Positions 24,956 through 38,871 of a stretch of DNA of 45,231 nucleotides are shown in pieces. Position 1 is the first letter of the stretch; the number at the start of each line of letters is the position of its first letter. Made by a program: the position numbers and the translations under genes. Source of the DNA: Tubiluchus corallicola (lineage: Eukaryota > Animalia > Priapulida); NCBI GenBank assembly GCA_030141605.1, contig JAQGDQ010001350.1:1-45231 (forward strand), given 5' to 3'. Below the pieces are notes generated by a model. That model worked only from the letters and a program-made list of their open reading frames with translations, was not told where the DNA came from and did no database searches.

Positions 24956-27554
24956 ATCAAAAGGAAGTCAGTATAGTAATTCCAATACACAATGTTAATT
25001 TATTAATTGCAATGAATGTGATTATGTTAATGTCTACAGTTAACAGTTTACACTACTGCAGAGTAAGTTAGTCAGTTCAGGACTTTTAGGTGATACACTT
25101 TATTGGACCACAGTTCGGCACTGAATAGAGATTTGCTCTTTTTTGCAACTATGAAACATGAGGTTGTGGTGCTGTTTTCTTTGCTTATTATTTCAACAGA
25201 GTGGGCATTATTGATTGCCATAATTATTTCTACATTATGGTAAATGATAGCAAATTAGAAAATTGCCAGGTTATTAATAATATAAGTTCATATTCAGATA
25301 TGATAAGCTGTGAATTATAAGCTTAATTAAAATTTCTAACAATATAAACTGATAATTAATCATTGTTGCTGTTATATATATATATATTTACACGTATGTG
25401 TGTGTGTGTTGAAAGGTTAGAGTGTGAAACTGTGAACTTTTTGAGTATCAGTTTTGCCGCTGTGAACTGCCTGTACCAGATTCAGACATTCAGTGTGCCC
25501 GTACCTGTAGACGGACATTGTGCTTGGCGTAGGTAAACATTTTTAGTAATAGTTCACTATTCATTCCATCGAGGGCAGCGGTTGCTGTCCCCGCGAAGAC
25601 GCCGACTCGCTTCCACGTTGTGTGAATTTTGACAAAAATTCAAGTTTGAGAAATTTAATTGAATTTGTTGATTTAAAACTTATCTTTTTTGTAATTTTCG
25701 TATAACAAATTTACCTGCCTAAATGGGTAAATCGGGCCTGGGCATCGATTTCCACGCATTACCAATAGGTATAATTTTGTGCATGTTACTCGGCTCATTG
25801 TTGAAATAGCAGTAATTTAACTTTAAGTTTAAGGTAGGGCTTATGTGGTAAAGAGCAACACTTATTCTATTTACAGTTTGTGGTTCCATAATATGTTATT
25901 TTGCCTGTGCGCATTAACTGATAAGGCAGATACTTCCGGCTATTGTGACCAGATACTGATTAAATGTCAAAGATAATAACTATATAGGTAGGAAATCGGA
26001 AAATATGCTGAAAAATGGGGAAAACGATCAGCGTATAATCTTTGTATTATTTGTACATAGTGTGAATTTATACATTGTCTGTAAATTTGAAGTGTAGCAC
26101 TTTTAAGGTAGGACTTCATTAGTCAAACGAGGTGTAGGGACTGAACCTAACTACATTTGCTATGTTCGTTCTACTTGCAGGCCCAGTGTCGACTATTAAT
26201 CGCACCCTTGGATTTAGCAGAAGTTTTGTACGAATGGCCGGCGCTATGGGAGCCTGCGGAATTATAATGGGACGTGTTGGTTCACTCAGGCTTCCTTCAA
26301 GTAAGTTCAATTTATCAATCAATCAATACATTTATTTGTCTGAATGGTCACATTACATTGCAGTACATGCGATTATAATACAATATACACACAGAGACGT
26401 GGTGGCATCAAACTAAACGGTTGCCGAGTCGAGCCACGCCTAACTTAAATAAATCAACAATAAATTGTAGTGTCTGAAATGCAAGGGCGTGAAATTAAAT
26501 AAATTTAATTTACATTCATTGTGAAAAACTTAAACTCAAATTCAATATAAATTGAAAAAGAGGCAAAACTATCAGTGAAAATATAACACGTGTAATTGAA
26601 TACGTATATTTATTATTTAAATCGCCGGTCACGTTATATGCTATGAGAATTTGCGAGTGTAAGACCGGAATCATAATGACAACGAGAATTAGCAAGAAGA
26701 AATATGATAAGGCATGAAAAGGCAACTCAACGATGCATTAAAGCGCTCAAGAAAGCAACAAAACAAGATGCAATCTAATATGCTGTGCAGATGGCGCTTT
26801 ATACGCATTTATTAGGAACAATTTAAAAAGACAAATAATTAGGTGATTGCGTACATATGTGTAGTAATGGCCTTTAAGCAAGAATGCAGAGTTTGTTATT
26901 CATTTTTAAAAAACATTCAAGACACTGTGATTATAACCTGGCATGTACTTAGTTGGCTGCTCACCACAATTTAGAGTAAACAGCCTTTTAGTTGTGAATA
27001 AGGTTTATATCCACAGATTAACTATACTATGTAAACTATAATGTATGTATAAATGTGTACAGGGAGTGTTTAGGTTATATACAGGATCATACATAACCTT
27101 TTGCTAGGAGTCACATGAATAAGTAATGGTACAGAACAATTTGTTAATTAATGAATTAATTGAGCTCGATTCTATTATGCGCTTAAATTTCATTATGGAG
27201 GCATCACGCGCTTTGCGCCGCCCCCGCAATCTTGATCGTATGATTCGAGCAGTGGCCATCTGGAACCATAAGAAACTGGAACCATCTTGAAAGACCGAGG
27301 GGATTCGGTTGAGCAACAGGCCATTGGGCAGGGCAGTATTCGACAGATGAGCTTGCGAGACGGGTTGGAGAATCTTGAGTTCTTTGAGTCACTGCTCGAG
27401 TGTGTATATGTATATATACATATATAGTATAGTACCAAGATACAAAGATATATACAGTAAGATATATATATATATACTAAGATATATATGCTCATATCTC
27501 AGTTTGATAGGACCCCGTTCTTACGGATATTGGAAGAATCGGACAAATTCTGCT

Positions 27555-27995
27555 GTTAAAAAGTCTCGCATACTACGGACACGGTCCGTTGTTTCACGAA
27601 CTGACCGCTAGTTGGCCGGCCGTCACTTTATTTACAGCACTACGTCTACATAAGCAAGCGGCATGTAATGACTTTGTACTGAACGTGATTGTTTCTACGT
27701 ATACAGAAGTGAAGTAAGACGACTTAAAAATAGTAAAAGCTCATTTGCCGCAGAAAAGTATCTTATTTAAGCATGTGCATGTAGAGACAATTATGCGGAG
27801 TTATTTAAGTCAATTGCCGACAGTTTTTATATACTTTTTCATGGAGGCGACCTGTACTAGACGTTTCTGAGACAATTAGACGATTGATTCTACATTATTG
27901 TGAGTCTAGTACACGGCCTGCTGTATTAGCTTTTTGTCTTTAAATTCGGATCAAGTCTCCTCGCTTTTGTTCAGCAAACCAAGATATGAGTGTGT
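27555..27995 (+). mobile_element. Dispersed repeat homologous to 2675-2976 (the host of the family A MITE)
   Basis: Shared AAAAAGTCTCGCATA..CGGACAC.GTCCGTTGTTTC, AGTCAATTGCCGACAG and AAACC(G/A)AGA(C/T)ATGAGTGT (empty site). Confidence 0.7.
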
Positions 27996-28383
27996 TTAAA
28001 TAGGATGTTAAATAGAAACATGAAATAAAAAAGGTACATGGGAGAATGTTTTTCTTACTTTTTTGCCAGAAACTGAAAATCAGTAACACAACCTCGAATG
28101 TCACGATGCTATCCTCAAACATTCGAAAAATGAAGTTTTTCTTTACGTTCAAACTACGGCTTTGGTAACTCAGTGGTTGCTTAAACCTTGTTCATGTGAT
28201 TAATTTAATATGCGTTGTTTATTTTCAGTCTTGGAAAACAAAAGAGAACCGTACCTGAGCAGGACAAGAAGGGTTTGTCATTTATATGTGCTTCTTATAG
28301 ACTCATTATTGTCATAGATATTAAAGCTGGCGGTCACAGATATTAAAGCTGGCGATATTTTATCAAATACAGTGAGCTCTTCA

Positions 28384-28803
28384 TAGGTGTGCGCATCGAA
28401 CGTTCGAGTTCGAACATTCGAATGCTCGAATTCGATTCGAATGAGTTTTTTTAGTTCGAACTCGATTCGAATCCAAAACTGTAGATTCGAATAATTCAGC
28501 ACTTCAATCACATATGTTCCTGATCATTAAAACGATTGAAACATCATGCGATTAGCATAATTTAGCTGTGATTTCTGCAGCACAATTTTAAACAAATTAC
28601 TAGTCGTTTCATTGCAGAACAAAATCTAGTGATATGCATGATCTTTGTAAGACTAATTTTTACTGGTGGTTCGAAAACTTGTTCGAAAATCGTTCGAATC
28701 TCAATTCGAATTCGAAACACTGAGGTTCGGCTCGATTCGAATTTGAAAGTCACAAATTCGGTTCGATTTGAATTTGCTTTCTGGTAGAAAATGCTCACCC
28801 CTA
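28384..28803. mobile_element. hAT-like MITE with TTCGAA-rich subterminal repeats
   Basis: TIR TAGGTGTGCGCAT / ATGCTCACCCCTA; dense TCGAA repeats at both ends; no clean 8-bp TSD. Confidence 0.7.
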
Positions 28804-29257
28804 CCTTCATAGTAGTCCAAGGCCATCATCTGGAGTTGCTCAGTAAATGTTAATATCGGAGTGTTTTTGTTTTTTGAATGTGTGTGAGTCCAAGGCCAAT
28901 CATTTGAGATGTAGATTCTCTTCACTATCGTGAGTTTTGGTAGGAACCAGGAATGTTCCCGAAAGTCAGTTTACAAACTGAAACCGAAATTTATGAAACG
29001 TAAGAAATGAAACTGAATAGGACCATTTTTGCAAAACCAACTAGTATTAAAACTGAAAAACAGAAAATTCTAAAATAATCTGGTTTGATATTTCGGGTGA
29101 TTGGGCCTGTAAACCCTGAAACTTCACAGAGGTCAGCACTGAAGTCACAAGTCACAAACTGTTATATAAACAGAATTTTCGCTTCATTTGAACTATTTTA
29201 GCCAAGATTTTTTTAGCAGTTTTTAAAAGGCAAAACTGGATACATACTAGTAAAACT

Positions 29258-29781
29258 CAGGATTAGAATTTTCCGTTGATACGCGGAATTCCAAGTTTTT
29301 GGAAGACCAGTAGTGCCATCTTTGTAAATCGCGTAAATTCATTGAGAAAATTTTTACAGACCCAGTACATTATTTCACAAGCTGATCACTAGTTGGCAGG
29401 CCGTCACTTTGTTTACATCACCTACATCAGTGTAACGACGTGTATATCTCTATGTATAAAAATATAGAATTAATTGTGCGGAGTTATTTGAGTCAATTGC
29501 AGACAGTTTTTATATACTTTTGCATAGGAGCGGCCAGTACTTAGGCGTTTTTGAGACAATTAGGTATCATGTATCCTTGATAGTTGGGTATTTTAAATTA
29601 TACATGAAACAAGGTAATTGATATTTTAAGTCCACTTGGAGGCTCTCTATGGTGACAAAATTGCTATTTGTTGCTGGCTCCCAGGGGGCTTTGCCCCCCT
29701 TGAACCCCTATGGGGGCCTATGCGCACCCCAAACCCGCGGCCTGTTGCAGAGTTTTTTGCAATTTGTCATTCTCATCCCTG
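29258..29781 (-). mobile_element. hAT-type MITE (family A, copy 3, inverted)
   Basis: Reverse-complement match to 11402-11942. Confidence 0.82.
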
Positions 29782-30019
29782 ATGCAGCGTGCAAATGATA
29801 TGTTTTTTGTTTCAGCGATGGTTGAAAGCTAGACAGACACACATGATTCATTCAGTTGCACTGTTAGCCATACCGTTTGTTAAAAGACCTTGTTTGGTAA
29901 GCATTACTTTTATTTTGACATGTAGTATGACGCCGTTATAGAGAACATGATTTATTGCGTACACACAGGTAATGCGAACATGCAAAAAAGAACAAATTTT
30001 CAGCTTTTATTTAACTGGT

Positions 30020-30660
30020 ATTATTATTATTATTATTATTATAAGCCTTTTTATTAAACAACAAATACATTGTTTCCCCTCTTTTTGCAGGGGTTCGTTT
30101 ACAAAATAGAGCTATTTACGATAACATTATTATACATAATGGCAATTTTGTACATACATACTCTAGTAGTAGAGTTTCAGTTTTCTAACTTTTACATAAC
30201 TTTTACATAAATACATCAAAACTACAATTTTAACTTTCACAACATCTATTAAGAATAAATTTAGAATGTATACATATTTTGCACTATAGTTTATATAATG
30301 ATTAACTCAGTACATGTTTTTCTGTAAATATAATTTGAATTAATTTATAACAATTTTTTCCGCACAACATCTCTAACAATATTTACATATTCCTGGCATA
30401 CATCTTTATCTCTGACTGGTATGATAACTTTAAATACGGCATTCTCGATTACTGCGTAATGCGGACTCTTATGTTAGATACCATTGCTTGCATTACTATG
30501 TACTTATAAGTGATTCTTACATTGCATACTAAAGTGTAATTCATCTTCTCGTATGTTTTAGGTCTGATGTATCGACCAGCTTCAATTTTTTAATCTGTAA
30601 TTTGTATCACATACCTGATATTCTGTTCAGGTGTGCATAATTTCAGTGGCTTCTAAGTTC
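30020..30660 (-). mobile_element. Degraded non-LTR retrotransposon 3' fragment
   Basis: Minus strand reads KIEAGRYIRPK and EDELHFSMQC (resembling a C-terminal IETGRY...EDExHF..C motif), then AATAAA and a (TAA)n tail. Confidence 0.55.
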
Positions 30661-31239
30661 CATTTTCTTTTTTTAGACTGCTGGTTTGTGGATCGGAGGT
30701 GTCTTCTTTTACTCGGGAGGTTATTACGTTAGCGTCCTGTCCGACAGCGAGGAGCTCGTGAGCGTACTCATACCTGTCGGCGCCTACATGTTGATTCTAG
30801 GATGGCTCACGGCCATGTTTTGATGTCGCTTTTGATTTGTAGAGTTGAGTCGGGGTGATGTTGCTTTGAACCAGGCTGTTCGTTTGTGCTAAACAGTTAT
30901 ACGCGCGGTCATCTTTTTAACTTAATTACGACTAATTAAGTTAATTACGACTTAATTACTCCCTCTACGAGCGAGAGCTAGTTTAAATTTCGCTTTGAGA
31001 ATTTTTCAGGCAACTTTAATGCCATTTAAGGTCTTTCAGACTGACTAATTACTTATCACTTCTTGATGAAATGGACGACAGTTTGCGCCATGAACTGACG
31101 TTTACATTGAAACATTTTCAAATTAGTATTTATGCAATGTGTACTTTCCTCGTCATCACGAATACTTACTTTTCCTGTTAATTTTGTTTTTCCTGTTCTT
31201 ATTGGTAGTGAGATGTGACTATTGCAAGTTAACATTATA

Positions 31240-31684
31240 CAGTAAACTCTGCATCACTCGAATTCAACCGGATTGAAAAAAAAAGTTTTGAGTTGGGCGA
31301 TGTTGACAATTTTCTGGCATAAAAATTCTAACCCCCCTTCCAGACGGCAAACTAAATAGAAGGCAGAAAGTCAACTCTTCTATACATAAACAACGAGATT
31401 TGATGACAATTACAAAAAGAATGACAATCTATAATGACTCGTAAGACATCGGAATTTTCCCGGAAAACGATACCGTTTTTGAGATGTACAAAACTTTTTA
31501 TTTTTTTAGAGTATAAATTGCATTTTTTGAGTTAGGCAAAGTAAATTGCAGGTATTTTGACTAAATGGACTTTATTCTTTTGTTTGAGTTAAGCGATGTT
31601 TTCTTGTGGGAAAGCGAAGGATTTCATCCATTCCGCTGAAATTCTGTGAGTTAGGCAAAGATTTGAGTCATGCAGAGTTTACTG
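31240..31684. mobile_element. Tc1/Tigger-like MITE, TA TSD
   Basis: TA|CAGTAAACTCTGCAT(C)ACTC...GAGTCATGCAGAGTTTACTG|TA. Confidence 0.85.
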
Positions 31685-33252
31685 TAGAACAGCGAGTCGT
31701 AACATTAAAATGCAGCCAGTTTAGTGTTTACGCGTTTGTACAAATATTTGCTCATACATTCTGTTCAGCGGGACCTTGCTCACTCTCGAGTCCAATTCAG
31801 TAAGTCTAGAGAACTTTTCCCTTCCTCGCTGTCTGTGGGGGCTACCTGCTACCCCCGCATAACACCTTGAAGGCATCTAGGAGCACTTAATTGTGGCAAA
31901 TGTTTCCTGTTGAATTCTCCTAGAGGGAGTAAGTGATGGCATATGGGGACTTTGGGTGTGTGTTCAAACTCTGGAAATACGATCATTGATTTATGCACTT
32001 ATTTCGTTGTCGGTGCTGTTTGGGGAGAGAGATGCAGTATACACTTTCCAAAATTTAAATTGAACCAGTAACAATGTGGAGATGTAGAATACATTGTTTC
32101 AAGCAGGCGAGCTTCCCGTAAATTTCCCGCAAGTTTCAAAAACGTACTTTCTTTTCTCTCTCCCGAGAGAACTGGCGTGGAGCATTTGTTGTCTAGATTG
32201 CATGAAGTAAAAATGCTGTTTTCATTTTTTCGAATATCATCGGTAAAGTTAACAGAAGGTTCTTTTTCGGACAAGCAGAGCAAATTGATAATTACTTACA
32301 AAATAATATGCAAACTGGTAAATCTCTCACTTTTCAAAATCGTACGTAATTTACGATATTTTGTTTATATTATCTTATTTTTTATGTTTTCGGCATTTTC
32401 GAAACTTTTGTTACCATATTAATTGATATTATTTTGAGAAATTGTTTATTTTTATGTATATTTATTTATTGTTTAACAGTTTAGCACATTTTTTTAAACT
32501 GTTTTGATAAGCTGATGAGGGACAATTACAGGTAAAGAATCCTTGTGATACATTGTGATAATGAAAAAATGCTCAGCTTCACTGATAGTTAATCCATAAT
32601 AGCATATTTTTCTCACCGTTCAACAAGTGCATGGCATCTTCTAATACACTATTTTCAGTGCTGCAGGAGTTTAGACCCCCTGCTACCCCCACCCGCCCTT
32701 CAAGAAACGACATTTGTTCGCCGTAGGACGTTGCCATTTTTCAAACTTCGACAGTCTATGACAAAAACGTTCAATGGCGCCATTTTAGTTTTGAAATCAG
32801 ACAAGCAGTGGAGTGTGGAGTAAGGGAGACGGTTTAAAGAAAAGAACAAGCCACTTAGCATGTTGGGTTTGTGTACTGTTATCACTTAAACTTTGAAAAA
32901 TATAACACAAGAAATTTGCAAAAGAACTGCCTACAAAGTATAAAGTCAATTTATACTACCGGGTGTATAAACTTTCAAGCCCCCATTCACTTGACTTAAC
33001 TGAGTAGGCATATTGGGTTTATTTTACTGTTATCACTTTAACTTTGAAAAATATAACACAAGAAATTGCAAATTTTTTTACAGTCTTCATGTAGTTCTAA
33101 TTTTTCTTGTACCAATACCTCTAGTAGCATCCAAAAGATTTAAGAAGTACATATTATTACCATGTTATCGCTCATATACATTATGTTTAATATCGGTTTA
33201 CGAGCTTTGAGCTCATGTTTCTGCAAATATGTACTGTTTATATCATACCGAT

Positions 33253-33662
33253 CTTCTTCTTCCCAGCTTTTCCCTATGCGGGTTCGCCGTTGTGAATGAG
33301 TCTTCTCCACGCATTCCTGTTGTTGACCATCTCTTCATTTATGTCTTCCCTTCCCACATGATCTTCACCGACTCTTCTTTTCAAGTGTCCATACCATCAC
33401 AATCTTGCGAGGCTTCCACTACTTTTACCATTCCTCTGATACTATTATTTCTAATTTTATCTCTTCTTGTTATTCCCACCATCCATCTCAACATCCTCAT
33501 CTCCACCACACCCATTTTCTTCTCTTTGGTCTTCTTCATAGAAGGTTTTGGCGCAGTTTTTACAGGCGGATGCCCTTCCTGACCCTAACCCTCCCTATTT
33601 ATCCGGGCTTGGGACTGGCACTGGTTTGGGCTGGCTTCCCCCCCCCCCCCGTGGCGAGGTTC
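33253..33662 (-). mobile_element. 410-bp non-autonomous, internally deleted RTE-clade retroposon with 17-bp TSD
   Basis: TSD GTTTATATCATACCGAT at 33236-33252 and 33663-33679; (AAG)n tail. Minus strand encodes an RTE C-terminal remnant EMRMLRWMVGITRRDKIRN...WYGHLKRR, preceded by the RTE-type 5' motif AGGAAGGGCATCCG. Confidence 0.9.
33584..33661 (-). ncRNA. Twister ribozyme-like motif (type P1, 3' cleavage product) at the 5' end of the RTE derivative
   Basis: AA-CCUC-GC-[CACGG..CCAGUG]-CCAG-UCCCAAGC-CCGG-AUAAA-UAGG-GAGGG follows the twister layout as recalled (L1 AA, P2, T2 GC, P3, P4 with UCCCAAGC loop, GAGGG). P2 and P4 each have one mismatch. Confidence 0.8.
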
Positions 33663-34226
33663 GTTTATATCATACCGATGAAAATAAATATCGTATCTTA
33701 TTTATCGTATCTTAAAAGAACTGCCTATAAAGCATAAAGTCAATTTATACTACCGGTGTATAAACTTTCAAACCCCCATTCATTCACTTGACGTAACTGG
33801 TGGTGTTCGTGACTTTCAAAACTGAACTAATTCAAACTTCTGCAGCTTACCTAAATGTTCATGCAAAAGTGTCATCAATTTTTATAAAAACTTATTAAGC
33901 TTTTAATGGAAATTGGCAGTGTGCTTTTTTCAGACCATGAAAAATGATAGTTCAAAATATGAGCACCCAAGCACGAAGTGATTTTGTGTGATTACACGAG
34001 GAACTTATCAGAGTTTTATTACTAAATTCTTCTAGCATCTTATGAATATTGCAACAAGCCTAACTTCCCAAAAGGCTTGACTTTTCCTTTAAACCCACCT
34101 TGAAAACTCGTGTTTTAATGATTTGGTTTAGAAGTTTACAAAGAAAAATACAAATTACTGAATCAGCAGTGAAGTTGAGAATTTTTTGAATATGTCTGTC
34201 TGTGATCTGATTAAAAAGTTATAATA

Positions 34227-34709
34227 CAGCCAACCTTGGATATAGGGGACACCTCCGGACCGGAAAAAGACATCCCATATACCCGATGTCCCGTATAGCC
34301 GAAGTTGAGTCAGACCGAGGGTGTATCTAGACCTGTACTTTTCTGTATTTTTACACATATTTTTATGGATTATTGCTACACATTCAATACAAGCGGTATG
34401 TAGGAACTTCCTTCAGTGATGTGAGATGTATGTGACCGTGGAAACCGAGCTGTTCGAAGGCTGAGTTTGCGAAAAATTGAGGTTAAAAATCGATCAATTT
34501 CGCTTTGATCATAGTGTCCCTTATATGCGAGGTAATTTACCTGGGTTTCTATTATGCGGGACCTGAAGATATCGTCCCTTATAACCGAAAGTCCCTTATA
34601 TCCGAGTACCTTATATACGAAGATCTTTACATAGGGAAAACATTACGAAAAATTGGGACCGGTGATGGTGGTCCCTTATAAGCGAGTACCTTATACCCGA
34701 GGTTGACTG
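34227..34709. mobile_element. Tc1/Tigger-like MITE, TA TSD
   Basis: TA|CAGCCAACCTTGGATATAGGG...CCTTATACCCGAGGTTGACTG|TA; a related left end is at ~5617-5700. Confidence 0.8.
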
Positions 34710-35784
34710 TATTCAGTTTTTCTTGTTTAGTCGTTTTCGTACCAAAGAGAGCGAGAAGATGCTCACTTGTTACAGTTTAAGCTGTATTCACACTTCAGTT
34801 TATTTTTCTTTACTTTTTTTATTTTTTTACTAGTTTTTGCTAAATTGGAATTTCTGTGATAGCAATACATTTTGATTGCTAACTGTAACCTAACTCAACC
34901 CCTATATGTCTAGCTAAACAAAACGTCTATATTTGCATAGACAGTATGTATTAATACGCCTCGTTATATTGCCAATCTCGCCTGTAATGCCAACTTTTTT
35001 GCAGTTGCAATGTAGGTGGTACAAAGAAGTTTGATTGTTCCTCTTTCATGTAACACAGATAGTAGTACTTGAAGCGGAATTTGATAGTAGTAAATAGGCG
35101 TAATTAACTTTTGAAGTGTTTTCTGTTCTCCTATGATGTGTTAAAGACCAGGAGCTTATGAAACGTGTTAGTTTTTGTTACTAAAAAGAGTATATTTTTG
35201 TTTCTTGATGAAATTTGCAGTATTCGGTATAATAAATGATTTTTTCGCTACCCGAGTGTTTTGTATTGTTTCTATTTTCACTTAATTACGTTAGTAATTA
35301 TGAATTAAAAACAGTTCAGCTAATTCAAAAGTTTAAAAAAAATACAGAGCAATGATTCCCAATAAGTACAACACTTCCTGATGTCCTACACCTACTGCAG
35401 CTCTCGTACCACAATCCTGGTACAGATTATACAAAGCAAGGCATCATTGATAAATCTTTAGAGCTGATGCCAACATCGCGCAATCTACTATCTTTCTTCC
35501 TACCATTTCCACTAACACATCCTACCCTTCCTGTGTGATCTAACCTTTCTGCTAGTTCTTTTTTTTGTTCACTCATCCATTCTTTTTTTATCGGGTTCAT
35601 CAGCATAAGGTTGAAGTGGAAAAGGGGTGCATTAGGAGTAAAGATGTGAGGAAGGGCATCATTTCCAACCGTAATCATCAGCATAATGTAAACCCTGAAG
35701 GGGTGAACATATGAATGGAACAACCCAACAATTTATGAAATATACCACCGATATTATACATGTTTAAATTCATATTTCTGTCTA

Positions 35785-37415
35785 TTAATGGAGGAAGTAT
35801 TCCTCCCACCAAAAGTTGGCACGTTCGCACTGAATTTGTTGACCGAGAGCTTCGCTAATGTAGGTCTCTTCTGATCCACTGTCAAGAAGTAGACGAACAG
35901 GACGATCGATTCCATCCATGTGGACAAGAACTGTTTGTAGAATTGTGCGGTGACCATTGCTGGTGGTTTTCACCATGCAGTTGAGTTTAAGAGGCGGCGT
36001 ATCACAACCACCACCAAGAGAAATTCCTATGAATGCACTGTTTGAAGAAACACGATGCAGCAGTGTATGGTGCAATGCACCACATTCTTTGGATGTGCAC
36101 CGTTTTATTTGATGTGTTTGTCTGTCCTAACTTCTGTCGAGCATCAACAGACAAGTCTAAGAACTTCTGACAACGGAAAGGTGTTCTACACGAATCGCCA
36201 CACAATAAACAAGACTGGTGTTATTAATGTCCCTTGTCAGAAATGTAGAATGTTTACCAGAAAATGGTGACTGCTTCACAGTTGGTTGAGTAGGCTTCTC
36301 GACGAACCTTCTTCATCCGCATCCTTCTTTGCCCACTGAAGACGGAGTTGTGAAGGAAGACGAAACAACAGGACTGGTATTAGTAACCGACCATAAGAAT
36401 CTGAAGTGACATTTAGTAACCGACCATAAGAATCTGAAGTGACATTTAGGGCTTCAAGACCCCGTACGTTCGTCTCAAGCTCGTCAAGCACTTTACGAAG
36501 TGGCTTCGCATCGAGAAAAGTGCATGGTTGCAATCGAAGAAGTGCTGAGAATGGACAGCAGCATCAAACTGTTCCCAAAACGCCAGGCATTCCAAAATCT
36601 GGCCATCAAATTTTGGCAGTATCAGCTTAGGCAAACGAGTAACAGCAGCTGAACGAGAAACTGAAGTATCAGAAAGAGTGTCAGCTCGACTGGTGCCTGC
36701 GGCAGGACCTGTGGTAGGATTTTCAGCTGCAGAAGCAGGGCCAAGAAACTGATTAGCACGATGTACTTCACGTGTAACATGCAATTTATAATCATCAACA
36801 GATTCAATTTCTTCATATGTTGTTATCTGCTTCAAACAGACGCTCTGCCCTTTCCGTAACAAGTAATAAGAGAAGGCTTACCTCTTCCTTCCTAGGAATT
36901 TCTCGATCTAGTTTGTAGCCTTTGTAACAGAAGATCTCAAAGCTCGTCGAACTCGTTTAGTTTTCTCCACTTGCTCTGTCATGTTGACAACAGAAGTAGA
37001 AGTCCTGTATTGTTATCCATGTGTACTGTCTGGGCTCATATCCGGCTCGAAGGACCATATGTGAAAGTCATGTTTAAAGTTGTAGATCACTCACTTTGTA
37101 GAACAAGAATAAAAAACTATACTACATATTTGCACAGAAAAGTGATTATTAAACTACATACACATGAGTAAAATGAGAGTGTCCTGCACTGAACACTGAG
37201 AGTTAGACAGTGACTAGAAAGTAAATCCAGTCAGTATATATAGGTATAGGTGACTATGCATACTTGGCTTCACAAAAACCATTACTGTAAAATAGGGAGA
37301 GATCCAGTGAATATGCATTCACTAGACCGTACAATTATACTGGGGGTGAGTTTAGCTAGTAAAATGTAAAAGGATTAGTTCATAGATGGCAGCACCTAAA
37401 AAATATACAATTACA
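35785..37415 (-). mobile_element. BEL/Pao LTR retrotransposon remnant (5' LTR, PBS, gag and protease fragments)
   Basis: RLPKLILPKFDG..AFWEQF and RGLEAL..SYGRLLIP (DUF1759-type gag), HHTLLH, protease LLDSGSEETYIS; PBS TGGTCCTTCGAGCCGGAT; LTR 3' end CA at 37060. The LTR 5' boundary is approximate. Confidence 0.88.
37040..37057 (-). other. Primer binding site complementary to the 3' end of tRNA-Tyr
   Basis: Plus strand ATCCGGCTCGAAGGACCA matches the metazoan tRNA-Tyr 3' end plus CCA, as recalled. Confidence 0.8.
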
Positions 37416-38871
37416 ACTTCCACAAGTATATTACACCTACCCGATATATTCATGTTGAGGGCCCTCAACGCAATCCATGATAATGCAGCATGAAGTAGTG
37501 TCAAGATGTAAACATTCTCTAGTGTGAAGTATCACATGCATGTTTATCCACTTTTGCTAGTTACTAGCGAAAAATTAATTTTTTTTCTTCCTTTGGCTCT
37601 AGGTCCTCATAATATTTTACTTTTAAATACGTAATGGTTAAATCATTATTTAAAAATAGTCACATGTGTCTCTTCTTTCCCATTATTGAACATTATTTTA
37701 TTATAAACTAACACATTCGTATCATAATTCAATTTTCATTCGTCTTAAATGCAAAATCAGATAATTTTCAATTACCTGGTACATGCGCATTAACTAATTA
37801 ATTATATTAGTTACAATCCTGAGAGGGTGGCTGATCTCAATAACTGAAGTTCTTTCGCCACCCTTTCACCACTAGTCAATAATTACTTTTGCACTTTGTA
37901 ATATTATTCTATGTTGTACAGATTTATAAATCTCTTAGTTATGTATTTTGCTATTTTAAAAATGATGATAAACTAATAAACTTATTAAGTACTTGCTAAC
38001 TTACAGTATGAGTGTTCACTCAGTCCAGCGTATAATGAAGGATATTCATATTGTAGACGACTCTTTAGCGACATCTCCCAAAAGCATATCGTAAGTATAA
38101 GTCGACCCCAAAAATTTTACCTTAAAATCGCTTCCCAAAAATTCTACTTGTACATAAGTATATACGGTAAATACAGACTAACAGAAAAATCCTGAGTAGG
38201 TGTATAAAACCCTGATAACATGCTACGTAATGTTGCCAAATTGTTGTGCAAGATCCATGTCGTATAGGATTCTCTACGCATTGAAAAAAAATGGGGCAGA
38301 TCTAAACGATAATAACAACATTTGTGAGGTGCCTTGCCATATGATGTGCTAACACACAACAAATAGTTATGTAGAAAATTGCATTATTTTAAATAGAATC
38401 AACAACTTGAAAAATGACGATATACATATTCACATACATACATACATACCAAGGACTACTATACACAGGACGTGCACAGTTAGATCTCTGATTCCGCCAG
38501 CGGAGGCGATCAATACTGGTAATCAACGTAATCTAGAAATAGTGCGCTTTAGAGAGTAGTGATCTTGGAAATTAAAGAATGGACGGATCGGTAGATAGCG
38601 AGTATTATTTTTCATTTAATTGGTTCTTTACATTACGGGAGAAAAGTACCAATTGTTTATTTTATGTATCAAAGGAAATTAGTGTTCATTTTTACTTCTT
38701 AAATAGCGCACTACTTTAGGCGTAAGTGTGTTTTACCGGAAGTAGTGCTTTGTCATTGTTAATGTGTCATTGTTCAAAGTCAAGTGAAGCATTGTTTTCG
38801 TGCTTGTGTTTGTTTCTTTGGGGATTATTTTCAAAATTTCTCGTGGATTTTATACATCTGTGCTCAGCAGC

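Noticed and set aside
26310-26460. Possible minus-strand L2-type tail (AATAAA plus TTGA repeats)
   Set aside because: No coding remnant or TSD could be identified to support it.
35590-35690. Two minus-strand CTGATGA motifs, one followed by GAAA
   Set aside because: Could not build stems I-III convincingly.
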